Origin: Haplodiscus bocki
Taxonomy: Eukaryota
NCBI GenBank assembly: GCA_965655095.1
Contig: OZ296654.1
Location: 69,316,001-69,380,000, forward strand
DNA: 64,000 nt
Reading direction: 5' to 3'
Of the stretch, positions 1-11,196 are shown piece by piece. Each line of letters begins with the position of its first letter. Positions within the stretch are counted from its first letter, which is position 1. Under the pieces are notes generated by a model. It saw only the letters and a program-made list of their open reading frames with translations, was not told the DNA's origin and ran no database searches. Made by a program: the position numbers and the translations under genes.

Positions 1-716
1 ACTCGGTGTTCTTGTAATTCTGATCGTAGATTCTTCATCTCTTGGCCCAAAGTGGCGATCTGAGCCTTGGTCTGTTCTTCGTCATTTAAGAAATTAGAAG
101 AAACTTGGAATGATACATCTCTTTGAATTATTCTGGTAGAAAAGTCATTCCACGTAGCGTTAGGGTTCTCCATCAGATATTCTTGTGCTTTTCGTTGTAA
201 GTATCTGGGTCTGAGTCCCTCTAACGAGTAGTCGATGTATCTTTGTCTTCTTTGTCGTCCTTGAGCTGCACCTTCAGCGGCATATTGAGCAGCCTCAATA
301 CCATTTAGATCATCGGGCCAGCCGCTGTCAACCGTTCGTTTGATACGGTGTAAGAAATTCCGAATTTCTTCTCCATATCCTCTGATGCAATGTTCCATTT
401 ACATTCGAAATCGGAATTTGTTTCGTCCATCTGAAAATCTAGTGATAAAATTCGTTCGAACATCCTCCCAGGTTCTTGCGTTGCTAATATTGCTCTCGTA
501 CCACTCAGCGGCTGGTCTTCGGAGTAAAGAAGAAAACAGCGCTTTCTTCCTGAAAGTGTAGTTGACCAGTTCACCAGCATCTGCGGGTGCGTCTCCAAGA
601 GCAAAGTTAATCTTTCGTTCTATTAATTGGATAAAAGATTCAGCGTCCTGATCGGGATCTGTGCCAGAAACATTGTCAATGGCTAGATCAGGGTAAGCAA
701 GATGAGTATTGGCCAT
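1..716 (-). pseudogene. gag: Retrotransposon Gag (capsid-like), one in-frame stop at 399-401
   Basis: MANTHLAYPDL...DAESFIQLIERK...KKALFSSLLRRPAAEWYESNISNARTWEDVRTNFITRFS matches the retrotransposon Gag A..WY...TW..(L/V)...F..RF pattern. The frame continues past the TAA (MEHCIRGYGEEIRNFLHRIK...) to position 1. Confidence 0.8.
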
Positions 717-732
717 TATTGGGGTTATAATG

Positions 733-1074
733 TTAAAACAGGGTGTCCAGTAATTCTCCAAAAATATGAAGTTGATAGGAGTTCAAATGGGGTTCAGGGA
801 AGTCTTCGTAATTGTCTAGAACTTCTGACAGAGATACGAGTAGCGGATTGTGCTTGTTAATATTTATTTGTTTTGAGATAGTAGGATTCCCTTCCGGATG
901 AGCGGTCACTCTTATCCAAAAGTCATAGTTAAAGGTCCATATCAAACATGTAATGACATCTGTTAGAGTTTCGTTTCCAGAGGTGATGGTCCATGGGCAA
1001 TTCAATGGAATATGCTGGCATTCGTCGTCAATTTCATCCCAATTTGGAGGATTATTCTCAAGATTTTTTGGCAT
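733..1074 (-). CDS. Intact 113-aa ORF of unknown function between PBS and gag (ORF0)
   Basis: Uninterrupted ATG-initiated ORF on the element's sense strand, ending just upstream of the gag ATG at 716. Confidence 0.45.
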   Translation of the reverse strand: MPKNLENNPPNWDEIDDECQHIPLNCPWTITSGNETLTDVITCLIWTFNYDFWIRVTAHPEGNPTISKQININKHNPLLVSLSEVLDNYEDFPEPHLNSYQLHIFGELLDTLF

Positions 1075-1443
1075 TTACAATGTATTCAAATTCGACATAA
1101 AAATTAGGATTATAAAAAGAACTGCAATTTTGGGACTCAATTTCCAGAAGTTCGGTTGCGAACGATTTTCTCCAATTCAGGGACTGCTAAAAGATAGGTA
1201 GGCGTTAGGAGTAGGGCAATAACAGCAATTAAGAAGAAATATAGCGCCAGAATCAAATCAGTTCTCATTCCGAGAGTTTAGACGCGAAAGATTCGAGAAT
1301 TATTAGATGAGAGTATTCTAATCAGAGCAATTGTTAAAATTCCCAGGGATATAAGAAGATTAAACGTCACAAAAGGAAATATAAAGAAAAGCATTTAGCG
1401 CAAAATAAAATTCACTAAATCGCTCAGAAAAGTTTAAAAGCAT

Positions 1444-1457
1444 CACTGGTCGCACCA
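1444..1457 (-). promoter_or_regulatory. Primer-binding site TGGTGCGACCAGTG
   Basis: Starts with TGG (complement of tRNA CCA), 3 nt after the LTR-terminal CA. tRNA identity not established. Confidence 0.7.
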
Positions 1458-2874
1458 GTTTGTCGCAGAGGCTTAATGGGGGGATGCTATTTTACTACGA
1501 TCATGCGGAAAATCGAACTAATGCTTAAATTTAATTCTTTTTCTAGTTCTAATTTTCTCTATCGCTTAGTGCTGCAAGTGATTAGCGTTCCTTTTGTTGT
1601 CTAGATGAATACAGCGGTGGCGCCGCGGCGGTTGTTTTGTTTAATGAAAATAAGTCTCAGGGGCATTTTTTGGTTTACTCTCAGGTGGCTTGCAGGCCTC
1701 GCGAACAAAACTTGCGTAACTTCAAAACAAGGACTTTATGAGCGATGGAGCGAAAATAGAAAGTGGAATAATCAATTATTCAGTCAACCGGGGGAAGAAA
1801 TATAATCAAACGGGAAATGAAAGAACTGCGCTAATGGACAATGAATCACGCATTAGCAATAGTAGCAAAAGTGGGAACAGAGGAAATTTCAGTCCCCGTA
1901 TAAATCGTGTACAGCACTCGGTAGTAGAAAATTTTATATAGTTGAAAATTATTACAAATCATTCCCTTTGGAAATTTTATAGTTAAATCCAATTCTTGTA
2001 AATATTCCTCATCAAATTGCAAAATTTATCAACTCAGCAGAAGCTTCAAAAACGTATTATTATGAAATAACCAAACAGATGTTGATCTGAACAGATTGGA
2101 TAATGTTAAAAATTATTAGGTTTACAAATTCTCGATATAAGTAAATCCATCCAAAATTTCAATAACATATAAATTCAGTTAATAAAAATGTAAGGTATCC
2201 TTTATAAAACTCCCAATAATTGTATTTGGGATAATTTTTAGGAGGTAAGAGAATACTTTTCAAGGTTTTTTTTGTTTTGGTTGGGCCAGGAAAGAGAGTC
2301 GGGTTCTCTTATTTTTCAGGCTCTATTTTTTCAAGGGTCGGGCTTGAGTTTTTTGTTATCAGTTAAGGTTATGTCGTACATAAACTCTACTATTTTTTGT
2401 CTACACTCAGTACTGGCGTCAGCGCAGCAACCGGTTGTATTCTTATCTTCCCCGATTGTCCAAACCGTGAATAAGTCACCGGAATTTGTTGGCGGGGTTT
2501 GATTTGGTTTAAATTTTGTCTATTACTCAGGAAAAGAGCTCGCTTTTTGGCGGCAACCTGGTGATGTTATCTTAGTCCCTCTTGTCCAACCGGGATTTTT
2601 ATCTAGCGGATTTTATGGAAGGGGTTTATGAGAGATTAGGATTGATCAGAGAGATATACTCACTCTGAACTAGGAAACTCTTTAACTAACGATTACCGTC
2701 GATGGGGCTGGATGATCTGCTGATAACTCAAGGACTCTCCTCTTTTTGGTCTGACTTGCGAAGAAATTGAGTAGGAAATATCAAATTAATGCAAAGAATG
2801 GATTTATGGAAATCAGGAATGGACGGTTTCTGCGTATTTAATCCATAACTCGGAGTTTAGAATAAATTCTAAAG

Positions 2875-3383
2875 ACTTTCTGTTAAGAGGTTGTGTCCAA
2901 TTCACTGGTAGTTTATTATTGAAACTTTTGTCTTTGTTAATCATAGCATTTAATTTCCATTCTAGAGGACGCATATTATGTTTAGTATAGAAATCATATG
3001 TCATATTCAATTTATTAGCTAATGTTATAATATGCATCTCTGCTATATGGTTGAAAGTATACCCCTCATCTTTAAAATTACTAATTTTTTTTCTAAGAAG
3101 TCATTGTTTTAATATCAGATAACTAAGACGTGATATATGGACAATATTGATAATCACTAAAAACTAGTTGAAATTCACATTTCACAAGATAATAATCGAA
3201 TTTTTCATTGTGTTCAATAATGTAGAAACAAAATGGTTCATCTACATTTTTGATGTCAATATCTTTGAGAGATAATATTATATGTTTACATTTATCGAAT
3301 TCTATGTGAGACTTTGATTTGAAATGTTTGTATTTGTTTTTAGCTTTGATAATTTTAAGACACATTTCACAATAGTAATCCAT
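2875..3383 (-). pseudogene. Polinton C2H2-type zinc-finger protein (frameshifted)
   Basis: YCEMCLKIIKAKNKYKHFKSKSH (C-x2-C-x12-H-x5-H); continues in ORF 2813-3037. Confidence 0.6.
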
Positions 3384-3570
3384 TTAACAAGAACATTTTT
3401 TTAAGTTATCGTTATACAAAATGAACATTAAAACTAATTTACTTGAACATTATGTCAACTTTGTCGATACAACAAAGAAACAAAATAAATACTTATGCGT
3501 ATGTACACTTATACTTGTATTTATAGTGATTACAATTCGTATTTGAGATGAAAAAATTATATAATATTAA

Positions 3571-4018
3571 ATGGATAACACTTTTCCTCTACAACAAATA
3601 TCTAAATCAGGTAATCTTGATTCTAATTTGACATCTCGTCAATATAAACTAAATCTTATGGCTGACATTATGCGGATGAAATATGGAAATCCAAAATTGA
3701 AGTAATCTGAAATAGCAAATCAATTAGGTCACTCTTCTTCTACTTTACAAAGATACAGAAACGATATAAACATGTTTTCACCCTTTAGAATTCAACCAAA
3801 TAACTTTGAAAAACGAAAAAAAGGGTTCAAATACTAATTTTGACAACAATTCACAGGGTGAACATGACCTCAAAAGACCTCGTTTGACATCAAATGACCT
3901 CAAAAGAACCTCAAACGAATCAGTTAAAAAAAAGAGAAACAAAATAAGAGGTGGCGGTGCTGGTAAAGTTCAGATTAACGGAAAAGATCTTATTGAACGA
4001 GTAATTTCGTTTAATTAA
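3571..4018 (+). pseudogene. Helix-turn-helix DNA-binding protein
   Basis: Manual translation from ATG 3571: ...NPKLK*SEIANQLGHSSSTLQRYRNDINM, a typical HTH pattern, followed by a basic tail after a frameshift. Confidence 0.65.
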
Positions 4019-4019
4019 T

Positions 4020-4389
4020 TGGCTGATTTTATAGAAATGATAAAAAAGATACTAATATCTAAAATGATACTTCACAAATCATTGATAAGTACAACTAAGA
4101 ATCATTTTCAACGAGATCTCAAATAGGTCAAAACGCTTTAATTCAAAGTAAAGTTTTTAAACAAGCTATAAACAATATGGGTGAAACAATATCAAAAACG
4201 GACATAGAGTTAGAACAAAAAGATAACAAAATACAATTTTTAGAGGATAAAATTTTAATACCAGATTCTAAAGTTAAAGAGGACATGAGTAGTTTAGATT
4301 TAAACAGAATATCAAACAGAGAAAAAAATGAGAGGTTTATGAATAGATTAAATAAAACACTTAATAATCATAGATATATTAAAAGTTAA
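4020..4389 (+). pseudogene. Small coiled-coil Polinton protein, unknown function
   Basis: Heptad-like ISKTDIELEQKDNKIQFLEDKI; 5' part disrupted. Confidence 0.4.
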
Positions 4390-4519
4390 AAGTAATAAAA
4401 TTATTACTTTTAAATAAAAGATTTGTTTTGATAATGACTTGTTTAGTGGAAAGACTTAATAATAATTATCTATTTGTTTAATTAGTTTTGTATACAACCC
4501 CATTTATGCTTGTTAAATA

Positions 4520-4964
4520 ATGGCTTTTAGTTCTTATTACAAACTTTCGGAGAGTGAATTTGATAACATCGTTTCGAAAATAGATAAATTACAAAATTCA
4601 AATATCACTCAATTAAAACTCGAAGTACACGATACATATAAAAAAGATGAAAAGGAAGAACAAACTTTGAACCTATTAATAACGAAGACGTATAAACAAA
4701 GCTTACTTAGACGATAAGCTATCAAAAATAAATCGTCAGTTATCAAAATTGGAAAAAGATTACAACGAAGTTAAATTACAATACAACAAACAATCTGTAG
4801 AAGAGGTCTTAGTTCAAAGAGTTGGAAAAACGACGCTACAAATACATTATGATAAGGCTTCATTTGATAATTATGCCAAACCTGATAAAGTTTTAGAAGA
4901 TTTTTTATTTACAACAAGAGGTAGAGATGACTTATCAGAGCAAGTAAATGATGTCGTTCAATGA
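4520..4964 (+). pseudogene. Uncharacterised Polinton protein (frameshifted)
   Basis: Two consecutive ORF fragments (4520-4717, 4749-4964) directly upstream of the protease. Confidence 0.4.
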
Positions 4965-5406
4965 TTTTATCAAAAAATATAATTTGAAAAATAAAGCAAC
5001 ATCCAATATAAAAATTCAACAAGTCCTTTCATTTTTGTCTTTGAATGATGTAGGAATCTATTTAAGAGATGAACCGTTTTCGAGTGATATAAGAATTGTA
5101 TTATTACATACTTCAAAAGGTACTCATTGGGTTTGTTATATAGGTGAAAATTATTTCGATAGTTACGGTTGTGCTCCTCCTCCCAAACTAACTAAATTTA
5201 TTATAAAACGAAATGGATATTGTCTTTATTCTGAATACAAGATACAAGGTCTGACAAGTAAAAAAGATAGTTCCTGTGCATCTTATTGTTTATATGCAAG
5301 TTACTTGACAGAAGTTATAGGAATGAATTTTAAATCAATTGTTTTTAATTTGAATTATCAAAGAATTTCTCAAACAAATTATTCGTACAACTTTAAGAAT
5401 AATTGA
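4948..5406 (+). CDS. Adenain-like (clan CE) cysteine maturation protease
   Basis: Catalytic motifs GTHWVCY, YFDSYG and Q...SSCASYCLY in an uninterrupted 152-aa ORF. Confidence 0.9.
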   Translation: MMSFNDFIKKYNLKNKATSNIKIQQVLSFLSLNDVGIYLRDEPFSSDIRIVLLHTSKGTHWVCYIGENYFDSYGCAPPPKLTKFIIKRNGYCLYSEYKIQGLTSKKDSSCASYCLYASYLTEVIGMNFKSIVFNLNYQRISQTNYSYNFKNN

Positions 5407-5569
5407 ATTATTATTCATATTCGAATAGGTGTTATTATATTTTTTATTTTAATTTATTGAATAATTTAATATGAATCAAAAACAAGTTAAAGTATTCATA
5501 CAAGTAAAATAATAATTATTATGTTATTAATCGTATTTCAATAAGTGTGATTACGCAATTACAAATATT

Positions 5570-5779
5570 ATGAGTGACGTTGCTAACTACTGAACTATAT
5601 CGAAAATAACTAATGATAATAGCGTAAAATATATTCCAAAAGGTGAAAAAACAAGAGAAATTAAACAAAACACGATGAAGAATGAATCAACTCCTAGAAA
5701 ACAAATGAAATATATTTCACAGAACAATGAACAATTCGCTAAGAATGTGGCAGCAGAAGGGTTTGGTTTCCTTATTTGA
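5570..5779 (+). pseudogene. Small basic putative core protein ending in a GxG motif
   Basis: ...FAKNVAAEGFGFLI*, one internal stop. GxG resembles adenain cleavage sites (inference). Confidence 0.3.
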
Positions 5780-6845
5780 ATAATGAATTGTTCTTTTTAA
5801 TAAAAAACATACTGATACCTTGATTGAGCAAACAAAAACAAAACCAAAAGAGACCCTTGAATTTAAAATCAACAAGCAAATGGAAACGTTTTCAGTTAAT
5901 CCTCCGATAAACCTTTCTGAGGAAGATAAATGATTACTAGGAGTGACTTTGTTTGAGTGTACAATTTCTGTTTTTAATGTAATTGTTGAAAACAATAGCT
6001 TTTCGATTACTACACCAGGTCATTGAACTTCTGAATCTGCCGAAAAAACTTTTGACGAACTAAATAAATTAATAGAGCTTAGATCTGAAAACGATAATAA
6101 GTTAAATGTTGAACAGTTTGAAAAAAAGGAATAAATTTAAAAAAAACTGTTCTTTATCCAGTCTTGGTACTTTCAAAAATGAAAAACTTGAAGATTTAAA
6201 AAAATCAAAATACATTGATTTTGGAGATATGGTATATAGATTCCAACTAACATATGATGGAAATATAAAAACATTAGACCTAAAAATTATTCCAACAACA
6301 ACTATGGGGTATATTCTACCACTTGGTAAGTATGAAATCATTGATAATAATTTTAAGTTAAAGTTTTTACTTCCGAAAGAAGTAAAAGTAAATATTACGA
6401 TTGATGATATTAGACTAAAATCAAATTTAACTACAAATAATTTAATTAGGTTTATTAAAAATCTTTCTTCTATATAATTCTCCGTTTTACTCAATCTCAA
6501 TCAGGTGAATTAGGTGATATCCCAGGTTTTATTCAATCAATTCCAGATCTTACAAAAGCGATAACCCAATCAACATTACAGGGATTGATGAACTTCATTT
6601 GAAATGTGATTGTTTACGAGGAAGTACAGTCAGCGGTACCCATGAATCTTTTTTATACTCTTTTGCTCTCGATCAACAACCAGGGCAAAAAATTCACAAA
6701 GAACCTAAATTCAAAATTTTTAAAATGAATAGTAAATCTGTTCTGTCTCATAGAATATATCATTCAGAAGATAACGATCACAAAGCAGTTGATTTTAACA
6801 GAGAAGTGATCAGTTTGACTTGTCAACTAGTTAAAATTTCATATT
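5776..6845 (+). pseudogene. Minor capsid protein (penton), paralogue 1
   Basis: N-terminal ETFSVNPPINL...LLGVTLFEC; C-terminal HLKCDCLRGSTVSG...LYSFALDQQPGQKIHKEP...DHKAVDFNREVISLTCQL, the Polinton penton pattern. Several frameshifts. Confidence 0.75.
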
Positions 6846-7036
6846 CGTATTTATATACATACCATTATACGAGTTATCATACTAGAGGTATACATACAAT
6901 TGTATTTGTATTTATATGAGAGACATATCTAGAAATACATTTGTATTATTACTACAAATATATGAGTGTTTATACAAGGGTATACATACAGCTATATGAA
7001 TATTTACAAGTATACGCAAATTAACTGAACTTAAAT

Positions 7037-8120
7037 ATGATTGGACCCAAAAATCAAACAGAAGATTAATTACTTTCAATAACTAAAAACTGTGAAACGC
7101 TTATTGAACAAACTCATGGAAAAGCAGAAGAGGTATTGGAATTTTCAAAGACAAAACCAAGAGAAACATTTCGTTTAAATCCACCAGTTGCAGTTAAAGA
7201 AGGTTGGATGATTGGATTAACGAGTCTACAAGTTTACAATACTACTTTTATTATAACAGAAAGAATAACAAATTCGAACTTTATAACTGTACTGTTGAAA
7301 AAAGTGGTGGTGTTTCATATGAAAAAGTCAAAGATGTGATTGAAAGAGATTTGGATGTTTCAGGTATTACAGCTACCGATTTACAAGATGAAAGAATAGC
7401 TTCGAATATTAATAAAATATAGAGAAAAAGTTACAAAAAGCATGAAAGATGATCAATCTATGCTTATTTTATCACTTTATGTTAGTTCTATATTTCAGGA
7501 ATTTTGAAAGTTTTCTAAGAACAGAAGTTGATTTGGTTGAAAACGATATTAGATTGGTTTTAGATGATTATAATTCAAGTTTTTTTTACCTATGACTCAG
7601 AACCAGGTCTTTTTACTTTCAAAGATCTTTCCAAAGCTCTTTTTAACATTCTTCAACCAGAATTTGAACTATATGACAACTCAGTTGATATTGAATTCGA
7701 TGATATTACCATGAAAACTAAATTAGTTATAAGACCGGGTATTTTAGCTGTAAGATTTGATGAAGAATCGTTTTTCAGTAGTATCCTTGGTTTTACTTCA
7801 GGTTGGGATTATAAACACTATAACGAATACACTAGTAAGAAAATTAAAAACTTGAGTATCACAAAAAAATACATTGGAAATGTGACGTTATAGATGGTAG
7901 TGTAGTTAATGGTTTAAGACAGCCTATACTTTTCAGTTTTGTTTTAGATAAACCGAGTATATAAAAACTGTTTTGCGAACCTGAAACAATACACTACAAA
8001 AAAAACAAAAACGAATCTGTTTTGATTACATTAAGATTTTATTTTGAAAATGATAAAAACGAAGAAGTTAATTTTAATCAAGAAGTTTCAACTTTGACAT
8101 TACAAATGATTAAAATTTGA
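7037..8120 (+). pseudogene. Minor capsid protein (penton), paralogue 2
   Basis: ETFRLNPPVAVKEGWMIGLTSLQVYN ... KCDVIDGSVVNGLRQPILFSFVLDKP...EPETIHYKK...NEEVNFNQEVSTLTLQMIKI, colinear with paralogue 1. Confidence 0.8.
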
Positions 8121-8302
8121 ACTAACCTGTTTACATACAATTTTTGAGTGTTTCTAATTGTGTTTACATACATTTATATGAGTATTTATATATGTTTATT
8201 TTTACACGAGTGATAATAAATCTGTATACATACAATTATATGAGTTTTTGTTTCTGTGTATACCTATTTTTATACAAGTAATAATACTTATTTGTGTAAT
8301 AA

Positions 8303-8720
8303 ATGAGCTTTCAAAAATTTAAAACTAATAGATATTGCGTTGGTCAGAAACACTACTCTTCTACAAAAAACATGGTGAAATAACATTTTTTAAAATCCGG
8401 TAGAGATATTAAATTATTAGTTGCAGAAGATTCGATTTGTACTAGAAAAAAATCAAGGATAGTCAGTGATAATACTATACAAGCAGAGGGGCCATGTAGT
8501 TTTTTCAAGAACTTGGGAAGGGTTTCTGCTAAAGCCTGTAAAAAATTAGCAACAAATTTATTAAAAAATCCAGGTAGAGTTCTCGAAACTGCTTCGAAAA
8601 TTGCTGCTGCAGCCGCAACTAGAAGCCCACCCAAAAGCAGCTTTGTCATCATTACCTGAGGTGATAAATTTTTACCACACAGGAAAACGGCTTTACTTAG
8701 GCAAATTTGTACAAATTATA
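8303..8720 (+). pseudogene. Zn-ribbon plus amphipathic-helix protein (adenovirus pVI-like candidate)
   Basis: YCVGQKH...SICTRKKS then AEG|PCSFFKNLGRVSAKACKKLATNLLKNPGRVLE; frameshifted. Confidence 0.5.
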
Positions 8721-8728
8721 CTATATAA

Positions 8729-9258
8729 ATGGAGCAAAACAACAGATAGCTTATATCCCTCAGCACCACTTGAAAATAAAGATTTAGAAAAAAGACTAGG
8801 AAAAAACTTAAAGGATGTTAACAGCTTTAATAACCACATCAACAACATTAAAAAATGATTACATATTTCAAAGATAAAAACAACAAATCCAAAAAATATA
8901 GAAAAATTGTAAAACTCTAAACACAATATTACAATCAGTAAACAGTATCGTTATTAGTGCGGCAACATCAACTTCTATGATTCTATCGATTACTGGTTTA
9001 GGTTTGATTGTTTTACCAATGTCAACTGGTATTGCATGTAGTCTATCAATAGGTAAGAAAAAATTACACAAGATAATCATAAACAAACACAATAAATACA
9101 AAAAACAATATGAAAAGGTTCGACAAACAATCAAATCTTTCGATAAATTATATAGAAAATTTTTACAAGATAATGTAATCGATAAAATTGACTATTGAAG
9201 TCTATGTAATATTTTAACTAAAAATTTGGATGAAATGAAAAATGAATCTTTTTTTTAA
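8729..9258 (+). pseudogene. Membrane protein with coiled coil, hydrophobic hairpin and LYPSAP motif
   Basis: LYPSAPLENKDLEKRL... then SIVISAATSTSMILSITGLGLIVLPMSTGIACSLSIG, then a basic helix and QDNVID. Confidence 0.6.
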
Positions 9259-9333
9259 AATATGAACATAAAAACAAAATTAACTTTTTTTAGTAATAAT
9301 AAATTAAACTTTCAACCTAGAGGTTAAAAAATT

Positions 9334-9562
9334 TGTTCTGTTCAATGTGAACTGTTCTGCTTAATGTGAATTCTTCTGTTCTCTTCAAATGAACTGTTCT
9401 GTTCAGGAGAACTGTTGTGTTCAAGTGGACTGTTCTGTTCAAGTGAACTGTTCTGTTCAAGTGAATTGTTCTGTTCAAGTGAACTGTTCTGTTCAAGTGA
9501 ACTGTTCTGTTCAAGTGAACTGTTCTGTTCAAGTGAACTGTTCTGTTCAAGTGAACTGTTCT
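9334..9562. repeat. 18-bp tandem array (GTTCAAGTGAACTGTTCT), ~12 units
   Basis: Directly visible. Right-hand units are near-identical and left-hand units degenerate. Confidence 0.97.
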
Positions 9563-9614
9563 AATCAATATTACTGCGAATTATTCTGTTCTGGAGGTAA
9601 AACTTACATATTAA

Positions 9615-10394
9615 ATGAATCAAATTTGTAATACGTGTAACCTAGAAATAGGTGAAAATAATTACAGGAAGGATAGAACTGTTTGTAAAAGTTGTTACTA
9701 GGAAAAGGAAAGAAAAAACAACAATAACACCTTAAACCAAAATCAACAACAAAACATCGATAAAATCAACAATAACAACGACAACAACCCTAATGTTTCA
9801 ACATATGAAAATCAAGCCTATATTGTTATTGGCCCAAGAAGTGTTGGTAAAGCTTACTACATGCTCAAAATGCCAAAAAAAATAAATTACAAAAGACTTA
9901 TTCATATAATAACTCGATTTCCCAATTAATGTCCAAATTATAAAACAACCACTGACATTAGATCAATAGACAAATACAAAGGTTCAATTGTTTTTTTCGA
10001 CGATATGTTAGGAGCTCGAAACAGTTCTCGAATAGATGAAATGTTTGCGAGAGGATGACATGAAAATTTAGATGTCTTTTACACTAGTCAGAGTTATTTT
10101 AGTTTACCGAAACAAAGCATTAGAAATAACAGTGATAGATTAATTCTGTTCAAACAAACATTAAGAGAAGTTCAAAGTATGTATGATGATATCGGAGCTT
10201 ATGATATGTTCAATTCAGAAATTAAAGAAATGTGTCATAAAGCTTGGAGTGAAAGAATTTACTATCTCTGCATTGATATGACTAAAAATAAAAATGAAGG
10301 TAATTATCGTATTTTCAATGAAAGCAAAAACACATATATTGAATGTATTTGCGAAACTGAAGCGTCCCAGTTTTTTAAAGGCTGTTTGCAGTAA
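9615..10394 (+). pseudogene. A32/FtsK-HerA family DNA-packaging ATPase with N-terminal CxxC...CxxC
   Basis: One frame from ATG 9615 with three stops: Walker A IGPRSVGKA, Walker B IVFFDDMLG, RG*H, and SQSYFSLPKQSIRNN. Confidence 0.92.
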
Positions 10395-11196
10395 AAATAT
10401 AGAAGATTTGAAAAATTTAGAAGACCTAGCTGTATTGAAAAACCAAGTCGAAGAAGTACTATTAAAAAATAGGCTAGGTAAACAGAATTTTCATGAGGAT
10501 ATGAAAAAAATCTTTGAACCAGTTACCAAATCACTTGTAAATACCTCTCAAGATATAACTATTGTAGAAAGGTCTAATAATAACAACAAAGCATTAGAGA
10601 ATTTAAACAACAAACTTCTAGAAATATTGAATGATAGAGGTATATTAGCAAGTTATTTGATATCCCCTTTATCTAAAATCACTAATCCTGAAAATAATAC
10701 TCAATTCAGATTGGTAAAAGATTCTAGCTCAAAGAGAGTCTTTGATTTGTTAATACAAAACTCAATACCATTTACTTTACGAGACAATTTGTTAGCCTTT
10801 CGTGATACAGGTAAAAAATTCGAATTAAAATGAGATCTCTTGAAAATGATAAATAAAAAAAACTATAACGTTGATCTTGCTAGTTTGCAGGATAAGAAAC
10901 TAAAGTGTGATTTTGCAAAACAAATGAGTTTTGATTTAAAAGCTCAAGGTAGTAAATCTACTCGAGATCGAACGTTTATAAAATTACTTAAATCACCTGC
11001 TACCATGGCTTCTGGGTTTTCAACAATATTTTTATCTTCTGATCTTGATCAACTTTGTAATAGATTAAAATTATTATTACAAGAAAAACAAGCTAGAAAT
11101 AATACTGATATCATTATTGAGGAAAAAATAGTTGTTATAGTTGATAAATTGTTAGAATACAAATGTTTATCTAAAAAAAGCATAAACAAATTATGA
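10380..11196 (+). pseudogene. Conserved Polinton coiled-coil structural protein
   Basis: KIFEPVTKSL and C-terminal LSSDLDQLCNRLKLLLQEKQARNN, resembling the D(P)NEL..RL.LL....GN motif of Polinton proteins; lies between ATPase and capsid. Confidence 0.6.

Larger units (their letters stand above)
1..2870 (-). mobile_element. Ty3/Gypsy-type LTR retrotransposon, 5' portion (5' LTR, PBS, upstream ORF, gag); continues off the left edge
   Basis: On the minus strand the LTR ends ...CTCTGCGACA at 1461, then 3 nt, then a TGG-starting PBS, then a Gag-like ORF. The right boundary of the LTR (~2870) is unresolved. Confidence 0.75.

Noticed and set aside
9334-9562. CRISPR-like appearance of palindromic GTTCA..TGAAC repeats
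   Set aside because: Units are head-to-tail with no unique spacers, there are no cas genes, and the context is eukaryotic.
9317-9631. ORFs with LNRTVH / CSVQVN repeats
   Set aside because: By-products of a stop-free 18-bp unit; no independent coding evidence.
9315-9646. AACCTAGA on both sides of the array as a possible TSD
   Set aside because: The second copy lies inside the ATPase zinc-finger coding sequence, so it is probably coincidental.
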